Source of the DNA: an uncultured Clostridia bacterium
Lineage (GTDB): Bacteria > Bacillota > Clostridia > TANB77 > CAG-508
Length of the DNA stretch: 44,320 bases
Reading direction: 5' to 3'
NCBI GenBank assembly: GCA_944386735.1
Contig: CALXCH010000003.1
Span: 1-44,320, forward strand
Made by a program: the position numbers and the translations under genes. Positions 1 through 9,600 of the stretch are shown in pieces (the stretch's first letter is position 1; each line of letters starts with the position of its first letter). The notes under the pieces were generated by a model. It made no database searches, was not told the origin of the DNA, and saw nothing but the letters and a program-made list of their open reading frames with translations.

Positions 1-542
1 CCTGCAAATGATATATAAAATCCAAGTTTTAAACCTTCTTTTACAAGCTCCCTATTTAATGGGCAACAATGAAATACTCCTTTATTTTCTACATTGTTTT
101 CTTTTAAAATCTTTAAAGTATCCATCACCGCTTCTCTTGTATGTATTACAATTGGCAAGGCCAGTCTATTTGCCATATTTATTTGTTCTATAAAAGCCTT
201 TCTTTGAAGTTCACGCATTTTTTCATCTTTTTCCCAATAATAATCTAGTCCAATTTCTCCTACAGCTAAAACTTTTGAATTTTCTTTAGCTAATTTTTCA
301 ATTTCTTCTAACATTTTCCACAATTCTTCTTCAGTTTGTGGAATATCATTAGGAGAAATTCCTACTGTTGCATAAATAAAATCATATTTCTTAGATAATT
401 CAATTGCTTTTTTTGAACCTTCTAAACTATATCCTGCTGAAATAAATTCTATATCTTCATCGTGTATTTTTTCTATTATTTCTTCTCTATCATTATCAAA
501 CTTTTCATCATCTAAATGCGCATGATTATCAAAAAATTCCAT
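1..542 (-). CDS. TatD-family metal-dependent hydrolase (partial; C-terminus lies beyond the window start)
   Basis: My reverse-strand translation starts at ATG 542: MEFFDNHAHLDDEKFDNDREEII...AVGEIGLDYYW...PIVIHTREA. The N-terminal DxHxHL, the EIGLDY and the HxR motifs are typical of TatD/YabD. It is absent from the ORF track because it runs off the edge. Confidence 0.8.
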   Translation of the reverse strand, partial: MEFFDNHAHLDDEKFDNDREEIIEKIHDEDIEFISAGYSLEGSKKAIELSKKYDFIYATVGISPNDIPQTEEELWKMLEEIEKLAKENSKVLAVGEIGLDYYWEKDEKMRELQRKAFIEQINMANRLALPIVIHTREAVMDTLKILKENNVENKGVFHCCPLNRELVKEGLKLGFYISFA

Positions 543-563
543 AATTTAATATTTTCATCCTTT

Positions 564-938
564 CTACTTTGTTATAATTGTTACATTTGCTACTGCATAT
601 TCTTTACAATGTGAAATACTAATATCTATATCTTCTATATCGCCCAAATCTATGCTTACTATTTTTAATTTTGGCCTTCCTTGTTCATCATTTACTACTT
701 CGAAGTCTTTCCAACAAACAGAATATTTATCATCTATCTTCCAAGAAAGTGCCTTAAAAGCTGCTTCTTTTGCAGCAAATCTTGCTGCATAGTGTTGATA
801 TTTTTGTTTTTTCTTACTCTCACAATATTTTATTTCACTTTTAGTAAATACTCTATCTAAAAAAGCTTCTCCTGATTTTTCTATGCTTTCTTTAATTCTA
901 CTAATTTCAATAATATCAATTCCACAAGTTACTTTCAT
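564..938 (-). CDS. acpS: holo-[acyl-carrier-protein] synthase (4'-phosphopantetheinyl transferase)
   Basis: MKVTCGIDIIEISRI...AARFAAKEAAFKAL...ISISHCKEYAVA is the AcpS signature. The track ORF starts at 959, but the SD AAAAGGAG lies inside that extension, so ATG 938 is the likely start. Confidence 0.85.
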   Translation of the reverse strand: MKVTCGIDIIEISRIKESIEKSGEAFLDRVFTKSEIKYCESKKKQKYQHYAARFAAKEAAFKALSWKIDDKYSVCWKDFEVVNDEQGRPKLKIVSIDLGDIEDIDISISHCKEYAVANVTIITK

Positions 939-993
939 TTCTTTCTCCTTTTTGAGCATATCTTTTTTATCTTAAATTTTTATTATTCACAAA

Positions 994-1027
994 ATGAGAC
1001 AGAAAAGGTCCGTCCCTACTGTCTCAT
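994..1027 (-). terminator. hairpin overlapping the stop codon of the 409-aa ORF (copy 1 of a repeated element)
   Basis: atgagacag (994-1002) pairs with ctgtctcat (1019-1027). A T-run follows on the minus strand. Confidence 0.5.
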
Positions 1028-2245
1028 TAAAACTATAAAATTCAATATATTAAATATTAATGATGCTGCAAGTACTAATCCAATGATAATTGTTGAAGTT
1101 CTATCTTTTTCTATGTTTAAATCTTTATATAAGATATCATATTTATTTTTTACCTGACTATAAAGACTTTCTAATTCTAATGTTTCTGCAATTCTATGGT
1201 TTAGCATCGTTCCAGTTTCATCATCTGTTATTTCTGTTATCCATAGATTTTTAGTAAAGTCTATAAATTTCTTTCTTGCTTTTTTTACTTGCTTTGGATC
1301 TTTTAGCTCTAATTCTATTCTCTTTAAGTATATTTTCTTATATAAATTAATTATATATGTATATAAATATTGATTTTCAAACTCATCTGGAAGTATTGTA
1401 TAATTATTCATATCTTCACTAGATGAAAATAGCATAACTCCTAGCTTACTTAATCCTAGTTTTGCATATTTCCAACTTGATATTGTTGTTATTTTTTCTT
1501 CTTCTAGTTTTCTACTATTATCTGCTGGTAATACGTTTGCAAATCTTATATAATGATGAACTATCTTTTCAAAATCACTGTTACTACTCCAAGCTTCTTG
1601 ATCTATACAAACATATGAATATGTTAAAAATCTTTCTGTATCAATATCAAGTTTCATGGCCTCTAAATTAGCACCTGTTACTTTTCTAATAAAATCTCTA
1701 AAAGTTTCGCTACTTGCAAAACTATTTGTTTGAAGACGTATATTATCATAAGCATCTAAGCCTGAATTTCCATTTATATCTCTAAATTTATAATTAAAGT
1801 TTAAGATATTTGAAAAACTATTATCATCTTCAACATTTGTTTTTATAACTAAAAAACATATTCCCGTATTAAAGCATACAATTTCTATCTTTGATATTGT
1901 GAAAAAGATCCCTTTGCTATCATCTACTTTTCCTTGTATATCCTTATTTATTCTGTATTCAAATATATTACAAGGATACTTAGAAAGCAAGGCTGCTCTT
2001 GTTTCATCTGGAAATTCCTCTAATTTTTTTAATTTACTACTTCCAAAACTAAAACTTGAGAATAAGAAATCTCTTGTTTTTGGTAAAAAGTACTGATACA
2101 TTTTAAAATCTTTTTCTTTTTGAAATGTTTTTAGCTTAAAGTCTTTGTCTCTTAACATTTTTAATATGTATTTTTGATATTTTCCTTCCTTTATCACAAA
2201 TGGATGGATGAAGTATGTGTATTGATAATTTGTCTTTAGTTCCAT
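1016..2245 (-). CDS. hypothetical protein with a single C-terminal transmembrane helix
   Basis: 409-aa ORF with SD GAGGTGA upstream. Hydrophobic C-terminus (TIIIGLVLAASLIFNILNFIVL). No family recognised. Confidence 0.6.
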   Translation of the reverse strand: MELKTNYQYTYFIHPFVIKEGKYQKYILKMLRDKDFKLKTFQKEKDFKMYQYFLPKTRDFLFSSFSFGSSKLKKLEEFPDETRAALLSKYPCNIFEYRINKDIQGKVDDSKGIFFTISKIEIVCFNTGICFLVIKTNVEDDNSFSNILNFNYKFRDINGNSGLDAYDNIRLQTNSFASSETFRDFIRKVTGANLEAMKLDIDTERFLTYSYVCIDQEAWSSNSDFEKIVHHYIRFANVLPADNSRKLEEEKITTISSWKYAKLGLSKLGVMLFSSSEDMNNYTILPDEFENQYLYTYIINLYKKIYLKRIELELKDPKQVKKARKKFIDFTKNLWITEITDDETGTMLNHRIAETLELESLYSQVKNKYDILYKDLNIEKDRTSTIIIGLVLAASLIFNILNFIVLMRQ

Positions 2246-2262
2246 ATTTTTTCACCTCTTAT

Positions 2263-3783
2263 TTATTTCCTATAATAGTTCATATTAAGGTCTTTTCCTA
2301 AGTACCAACTTCCAATGAAATCAACTTGTAAATAGTCTTCTAAGTTATATGCTGGCTCTTGCACAACTTTTCCGTCTTTATTGATTGAACCCCATTTTCC
2401 GTCTTTCTTTATTCCTGCATATCCAAATGAATTTTGGCTAGTTGCATCATCATATATATAGTCAACTACTACATTTCCATCTTTATCTACAAAACCATAT
2501 TTTCCATTCTTTTTACTTACAAATAATGTGTTAGATGGGAATATATCTGATTCTTTTTCTTCTTCAAACCTAAAATTATAATATTTATATTCATCATTTT
2601 GTCTTATTTCTATATACCCGTCCTCATCATCTAAGTCTGTTACCATTCCCGTTAGTTTTACTTCATAATTACTATCTAGTACTTCATTATTATAAGTTTC
2701 ATCTTCTGTTACATATAAATCTGCTTTTTCATTATATGTTATTCCTCTATATTTAAATTCTACTAATGTATTTCCTGATAAATCTATTATTCCATAATTT
2801 TCTCCTGTTTTTGCAATAAATATTCCTGATTTTGCTTCTTTTAAGTCATCATAGTTTGCATCTATTGTTTTTTCTCCTGCCAAACTCATTACTCCATATT
2901 TTTCGCCATCTTTATATATTACTCCATTTTCTGGATTTTTTAAGATAGCTGTTATCTCATCATAGTTTCCATTTAAGCTTTCAGTTCCGTCTTTTTTTAC
3001 AACTTTTTGTTTTCCCCCATCGACTACTACATAATAGTCTCCTTGATGGATTTTAGATATTCCGTCATATTTCATTTCTAATACTTGTCCATTTGAAATA
3101 TCTACTACTCCATATTTTCCTTCTGTATTTTTTACTATAAAGCCATCTACTGCTTCATCTCCTAAGCCTTGTATCTCTGCATAACTTGTTGGAATTATTA
3201 ACTTTCCTTCGTCACTTACAACTCCATAGCTACCATCTTTTAAAACAAGTATAGCATTTTTCACTCCTTGAAGTCCTGTAATTTCATCATATTCACATGG
3301 AAGTACTTCATTTCCTTCCATATCAATTAATCCATATTTTCCGTTATTTTCTACTCTTAATACTTTGCTATTATATGATAAATTTTCATTTTCATCCATA
3401 TTTGATATTGCTTCTATTTGTTCGTAATTCGTAAATATTTCTTGGTTTTTACTATTTAATGCTTTTGTTTTATATGTTCCATCATCATAATTTACATCAT
3501 ATGTACATAAGAAGACATCTTCTTTACTATTAGGTACTACTATCATTTCGCTATATCCTGGGTCTATTACAACTTTTCCGGAAGAATCTATTACTCCCCA
3601 TTTGTTGTTTTGGTATGCTGCAAAATAATCTGTACTTGTTACTACATTTTGTTGTTCTTTATCATTAGATAAAATACCTTTTAGCATTACAATACACATA
3701 ATAATTACAACAAATAAAATTATTACTGCAAATACTTTTTTTAGGTTTAATTTTGGCTCATCATATCTTCTTCCTCTATTCAA
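2263..3783 (-). CDS. WG-repeat (KWG-type beta-propeller-like repeat) protein, N-terminally membrane anchored
   Basis: Reiterated motifs: KWGVIDSSGKVVIDPGYSEM, GKYGLIDMEGNEVLPCEYDEI, GKYGVVD, GKYGFVDKDGNVVVDYIYDD, GKWGSINKDGKVV. An N-terminal TM is present. The SD GGGAGG lies inside the track ORF, so TTG 3783 is the likely start (track start 3804). Confidence 0.75.
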   Translation of the reverse strand: MNRGRRYDEPKLNLKKVFAVIILFVVIIMCIVMLKGILSNDKEQQNVVTSTDYFAAYQNNKWGVIDSSGKVVIDPGYSEMIVVPNSKEDVFLCTYDVNYDDGTYKTKALNSKNQEIFTNYEQIEAISNMDENENLSYNSKVLRVENNGKYGLIDMEGNEVLPCEYDEITGLQGVKNAILVLKDGSYGVVSDEGKLIIPTSYAEIQGLGDEAVDGFIVKNTEGKYGVVDISNGQVLEMKYDGISKIHQGDYYVVVDGGKQKVVKKDGTESLNGNYDEITAILKNPENGVIYKDGEKYGVMSLAGEKTIDANYDDLKEAKSGIFIAKTGENYGIIDLSGNTLVEFKYRGITYNEKADLYVTEDETYNNEVLDSNYEVKLTGMVTDLDDEDGYIEIRQNDEYKYYNFRFEEEKESDIFPSNTLFVSKKNGKYGFVDKDGNVVVDYIYDDATSQNSFGYAGIKKDGKWGSINKDGKVVQEPAYNLEDYLQVDFIGSWYLGKDLNMNYYRK

Positions 3784-3845
3784 GATATTTTCCTCCCTTT
3801 GCACATTTATACTATATCATATGTTGCACAACTTATCAATAAATT

Positions 3846-6290
3846 TTAAACTTCTTTTTTTCTAAATTTACATACTAAAACACTCATATCATCTTTTGCT
3901 ACTCCATAGTTATTATCTATTGCTTCTTCTAATATCAAATTAGCTATTTTTTGAGTATTTGTTGTCTCTATATCTTCTAATAAATATTTAATCCATAATT
4001 CTTTGTTTTTATATTCTACATTTGAATCCAAGATTCCATCTGAGCAAAGTACCATTATTTCTCCTGATTCTATATCTTTATCAAATGTTTGGATTTTACT
4101 TTCCTCTATTATTCCTGTTGGCAAAGAGTTTGATTTTACCATTTGAACTCTTTTTCCATGTTTTATATATGTTGGACATGCTGCACTTTTTATAAATTCA
4201 ACATTTCCTGCATACAAGTCAACTATTGCTATATCAAGTGTTGCAAAGCTTTCTTTGTTTTGATTAATTAGAGCATTATTTATTAAATCTAATGATATGT
4301 TTTTATCAAATCCTGATACTAATAAATTTTCTAATAGTCTTAAAGCATTTGAACTACTTGCCTTTGCCTCTTTTCCGCTTCCCATTCCATCACTTATTGC
4401 TAACAAATATTTTCCATCTTTTAGTCTAGCTGTTAAAGTACTATCTCCAGAAATCTTACTTTTTGATTTTGTCATATTAGCTGTTCCCATTGCCATAACG
4501 AACTTATCATCTGATAAGAAGCTTAGTTTTTTCCCTACCACTGCTTCTTCATTTAGTACTATTTTTTCTCCTAATACTTTAGTAAGTATCTTTCCTATTG
4601 TTTCTTGTTTTTCTGTTTCTAAATTTTCATTCAAATAAATTTCTATTATAAATCTATTTTCTTTCTTTATAGCTATATCTTGGACTTCTATTTCTTTTTG
4701 TTCTAATAATTCTATTATTTCTCTTTTTTCTCTTGTGTATTTTTCTTCGTTTTCTATATCATCTTCTAATCCTTTTGCCATACTTTCTATTGCTTTTGAT
4801 ACACCTTTTAATTGTTTTTCTACATTTTTCTTATTTTGTGCTATTTTCTTTTTCCAAATAAAGTCTGATTTTGAGGCTTTATATGAAACATTTATTGTTC
4901 TTACTATTTGCATGATATTTTCTTCTAGACGTTTACTTATTTCTTTATCATCAAATCCTATTATATAACTATTACAATCTGCAAATACTTTTAATAAATC
5001 AGTTCTTGATATTTCCTGTTTATCAAGTAAAAGATTAAATATTTCGTCTATAATTTTGCCATTTACATCTGCTATATCATCATATAACATATTATCTTTA
5101 TACGGCTCTAAATTATTTAGTAATTCTGATATAAATATTTTTTTATTTTCTTCTTGCTCGTTATCTGCGTTTTCCCTTTCTGCCGGCCCTTCACTATATG
5201 CCGTAGCCATCTGATTTATTGCTTCTGATACATTGTTTAGGCTTTCTGCTACTTCTTTACTTTTATTTAATGCCCTTCCTGATGTATATGGTAAAAACTT
5301 CGAATTTCCTATAAATTCTTCTAAATCTATTTGTAAGTTTTTTGGTACTAATAATAGTCCAATTGATGCAATTAATATTTCTTTAAAATGTATTAATTCT
5401 ACTGTATAGCCATTTGATACATATGCCAAGACAATATTTCCTAGTGTAAAACCAACTACTACTCCTATTTTTCCAAATCTGTTTAATATTCCTGCTATCA
5501 TTCCTGATATTGCATATGCTGCTATCATTATTGGCTCATTATTACTAATTACACCCAAAGTTACTCCTATTGTTACTCCTGATGTTGTTCCAACTAGTAT
5601 TCCATTTTTCCAACCTAAAATCATTACAATTAATATACTAAATATATTTCTTATACTAAAGCCATATATACTTGAATTTCCAAATGCTGCAACTGCTATT
5701 GCAAATAATAAGCTTGCTCCTATTACTTCTTCTATTGAAAAGGCCCTTTTTGTATAAAATTCCTGAACTACTGGTAATGAATTTACAAATATTTTATAAA
5801 ATACTAATGCTATTATTGACAATGTTATTGTACTTAGCACATCATATAATGTAAATACTGACATAAAAATTTTTATTAGCCCTATTAATAAACAAGCTAT
5901 AAATACGTTTTTTCCGATTTTTATTTTTTCATTTCTTTCTTGCTCATTATAACGTGGTTTTACTATAAATAATGTTGCAATCATAACTAACGCTGTTAAT
6001 AAATATTCTACTGCTCCTCCTACTCCAAATTTTATTAAGTTACCAAGTAGTGAAATTACCACTATCCCTAGTGCTGGAATAGAAAATGCCAAACAAGCTC
6101 CTAGCAAGCTTATACTAAATATTGAAAATTCTCCGCCTAAACTTACAAAGGACAACATAAATGCTACAATATATATTACTATATTTTCTTTTGCAAATAC
6201 ATTTCCGAATATATTAAATTTACTTTTTTCTTCCCTTATATCATTTTTACTATTTAAATCTATTGTGTCTTCACTTAAATTTTGAAACAT
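3846..6290 (-). CDS. spoIIE: stage II sporulation protein E (polytopic membrane PP2C phosphatase)
   Basis: About 810 aa. The N-terminal ~320 aa contain many TM helices. The C-terminal PP2C-like region reads AISDGMGSG...MVLCSDGILD...DDMSVLVCKF. SD AGAGGTGG precedes ATG 6290 (track start GTG 6299). Confidence 0.9.
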   Translation of the reverse strand: MFQNLSEDTIDLNSKNDIREEKSKFNIFGNVFAKENIVIYIVAFMLSFVSLGGEFSIFSISLLGACLAFSIPALGIVVISLLGNLIKFGVGGAVEYLLTALVMIATLFIVKPRYNEQERNEKIKIGKNVFIACLLIGLIKIFMSVFTLYDVLSTITLSIIALVFYKIFVNSLPVVQEFYTKRAFSIEEVIGASLLFAIAVAAFGNSSIYGFSIRNIFSILIVMILGWKNGILVGTTSGVTIGVTLGVISNNEPIMIAAYAISGMIAGILNRFGKIGVVVGFTLGNIVLAYVSNGYTVELIHFKEILIASIGLLLVPKNLQIDLEEFIGNSKFLPYTSGRALNKSKEVAESLNNVSEAINQMATAYSEGPAERENADNEQEENKKIFISELLNNLEPYKDNMLYDDIADVNGKIIDEIFNLLLDKQEISRTDLLKVFADCNSYIIGFDDKEISKRLEENIMQIVRTINVSYKASKSDFIWKKKIAQNKKNVEKQLKGVSKAIESMAKGLEDDIENEEKYTREKREIIELLEQKEIEVQDIAIKKENRFIIEIYLNENLETEKQETIGKILTKVLGEKIVLNEEAVVGKKLSFLSDDKFVMAMGTANMTKSKSKISGDSTLTARLKDGKYLLAISDGMGSGKEAKASSSNALRLLENLLVSGFDKNISLDLINNALINQNKESFATLDIAIVDLYAGNVEFIKSAACPTYIKHGKRVQMVKSNSLPTGIIEESKIQTFDKDIESGEIMVLCSDGILDSNVEYKNKELWIKYLLEDIETTNTQKIANLILEEAIDNNYGVAKDDMSVLVCKFRKKEV

Positions 6291-6568
6291 CCTTACCACC
6301 TCTTTATATTTGATAAGCTTATTTTACTACTTGTCCTTCGTGGTTTTTGTCTTTTCTAGTCTGCTAAACTAAAAAAGTTTTTTACATTTTTTTATATATA
6401 TTTTTTATTTTTTTCATAATAATTTAATATACGATTTTTATTTTATTACAGAATATCGAAAAAAGCAATATTTAGGGAAAATGTTCTAAAAAATAATTTT
6501 TATAATTTAAATTTTTTTATTAATATTAAACTCTCTTTATATAACTTTTAATAGAATAAAACCAAAAA

Positions 6569-6600
6569 AATCAGGCTAAATATTTCTATTTAACCTGATT
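6569..6600. terminator. bidirectional rho-independent terminator after the 3023-aa gene
   Basis: 14-bp stem with one mismatch (aatcaggctaaata / tatttaacctgatt), flanked by A7 and T8. Confidence 0.7.
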
Positions 6601-6637
6601 TTTTTTATGATTTAGTATTGTTTATTAGCTTTAACAA

Positions 6638-9600
6638 CTATTTTAATACTTTTTTCTTAATGAAGATAATTCCTACTCCTAAGATTATGAATGAACTAAT
6701 ACCTAGAATAATGTATGGTATGTAATTTAAGTCTTCACCAGTAGGAGGTGTTATTGTAATAACTCTATAGTCATCATCTCCACCTTCTTCTCTTCCATCA
6801 TCACTTGGTACGTAATTTCCTGGTATCGTATAATCATCAGGATTATCTGGCTTTGTTGTTCTTCTTCCTATTAATACATTTACCTCAATATCATTACCAA
6901 AGTCTAGATCATTTGCACTATTTGATAACACTTTAGATACTTCTAATTCTGTAGTATATCTTCCTATTCCCATATTAGCAAAAGCATCTGTCCATAATAC
7001 TTGATTATATTTCTTAATAGCATCATATGCGTCTTGTGACAAATATTGATCATTTAGTAATTGTTCTAGTTCTTCAGGCTCATATTGATGCCAATTCTCT
7101 GGGCTATTTTCTTTATCAAATACTAAATCATTTGACAAGTAATCATGTAGTCTCTTTATTCTTGGTGCTATTAAGCTATTTGGATCATCTGGAGTTCCAA
7201 AGATATAGTAATTTTCATCATTATAGTCTAATTCTGAATCACTGTTATCTGCTATTATTTCATATCTTACAGTTAATGTTGCTCCTTGTATTATTTCGCT
7301 ATCTACTTCTATATGAACATTTCCATCTGGTAAGAATCTTAAATGTTCAATTTCATCTACTCTTGGGTCTCCATCAATTAATACTTGACCATTTGCAAGT
7401 GTTACTTTTACATGAGATATTTGTTTTTCAACTTTAAGGTTTTGTATTGGTCTTCTTATTATACCAAAGTCCATGTTGTCAAATACAAATTTAAGTTCTT
7501 CTCCAAACTTGCTCATATTGTCTAAGTTAACGTCATAATCCTCTTTAATTTCAAATCCTCTTGACCTTGCCTCTATAGCTTTTATTGCATCATCATTTAG
7601 AACATTAGGGTCTGTATTTCCATAATAGTATTCTCTTTCCAATCCAAGTCTATCTTTAAGAAGGTCGTATTTACCATTTCCATCTATTCCAATTTCATCT
7701 CTAGCATCTGACCATCTTGCTGCATTTTCTCCGGATGTTTCTGATCTATACCACCAATCTGTATCTCCTGCTGCTGTAGATTCATTTTCTGGCCTATTTC
7801 CTCTATATATTGTTGACTTATACTTATCTACATCATCTATAACTCTATTTTCCGTTCCATCTGGATTATATATTACACTGTTATTACCATAAGTAAATCT
7901 TAGTAAGTATTTTCCTGGTATTACTCCAGAGAACTCATAATGTCCGTCGTTTCCTGTTGTTTTTGATGCTAGTTCTACTACTGTATCAGTAGCTGATGTG
8001 CCTTGTTGATATAGGTTTGCTATTTCAGATTCCTTTGGTTCCGTTCCTTCTGTTCCTGCTTCTCCCAATATACTTGCATTTGCTAAATCTACATCTGAAT
8101 TAGCATCATAAGATAATACTATTAAGTCTACTGTAACATTTCCTACTGTATTTTCTGTTCCTTGTTCATATTCACCATTACCAATTCTTTCTTTTACTTT
8201 CTTTGTTTCTCCAGTTATTGGATCTGTTACTTCTGTTCCACCATTTTCTAAATCTAGTAAATCTGCTATTGCCTCATCTTCCCATACAGTTCCTGATATT
8301 ACTCTACCTTCTTTTAATTCTAACTTAAATGCTGGTGCACTATCTGTATCATCCTCAAATGTAGTTCTATCTGTTGGTTCTGCTGAACCTGGTCTAGAAT
8401 CTTTATCAACTCCTGCATAATGTACACTAAATCCTGAATCTGAGTATGTTGAGTATGATCCTATTTCTGCGACTGCATCTAATGGATTATTTTCAAATTC
8501 CTCATTATTATCTAATACTGCATTTATTGCACTATTGTTTAATTTATATGTAACATATATATATTTTACTGTTTGAGGTTCTAGGTTTTGATTAACTTCT
8601 TCTATTGTAGCCTTGTTATAATCTCCTACAGCTCCTCCATCAGTATAATTATATGATGTATTTCCACTATCGTCTTGAATGCTATCAATAGTATACCTAT
8701 TATCATACATAACTATAACATTATTTACTTTAGTATAAAGATTTGTCGCTTCATTTCTTAATGCTATCTTATATCTTACATATACTTCTAATTTTCCTTC
8801 ATTTCCAGGTTGTGCATTGTATACTACATCTGATGAATAAATTGGTTGTGTATATTCTGCTGAACCATATTCATTTCCGAATTTTACAGCTACATTAAAT
8901 CCATCACCATATTGACTTTGATTTTCAAATCTTTGGTTATAATTATATGTATGTTCATAACCATTTAATGTTACTTTTACTGTTTCAATGTCCTCTACTA
9001 ATGATAAATCTGGTTGTTCTCTTTCCATAATTCCTAAGTTAATATATGGAATTTCTTCTTTTTCTGTTTTTCTTATATTATCTATTGTATCAAAATCGTC
9101 TGCTAAATATCCTGATTGTCCTTGACTTTGATATGCATCTTTTGTTGTTGCATGCATTATATATTGTTCATCTGTCATGTTTACTGGGAATTTTTGTTCA
9201 TCATATCCATATACAGAGTTTGGTCCATAGTTTAATGTACTCTTATTTTGGCCTATAATGTTACCATTTTCATCTTCATAATACTGGTCTGTATCATAAT
9301 TTAAGTCGTATGTTTTACTTCCCCCATCGTCTCTTGATTCACCAACAGGTCCTGTAGTTCCACTATGTGTTATTTCTGAATATTTTCTATTAAATTCTGC
9401 TCTTTCTGCTTCATTTTCTGCTGCTTTTGAGCTATTTGGATTGCTTGGTGTTAAATCTGTTAATGGTACTGGTTCATAACTCATTCCATTATAAGTAAAT
9501 TGTATATAATAGTTTGTTAATTCATCTATTAAAACATCTATCATTAAGTAATTTCCGTCTGCGTCTGTTAAAATCTCATCTACTGTTGTTCCTCTATTAA

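Noticed and set aside
8-193. 61-aa plus-strand ORF at the window start.
   Set aside because: It is antisense to the clearly recognisable TatD-like coding sequence on the minus strand.
6300-6637. Spo0A boxes in the spoIIE upstream region.
   Set aside because: Only a single weak 6/7 match (TATCGAA near 6454-6460) in the opposite orientation, which is not enough to call.
7027-7437. Plus-strand ORFs of 60-152 aa embedded in the large minus-strand genes. Examples: 7027-7437, 14568-14900, 21753-22067, 4297-4638, 30891-31331, 32062-32442, 41214-41672.
   Set aside because: All lie antisense to long, motif-rich genes and lack SD sequences. They translate to Leu/Phe/Ile/Ser-rich low-complexity strings typical of the antisense strand of AT-rich coding DNA.
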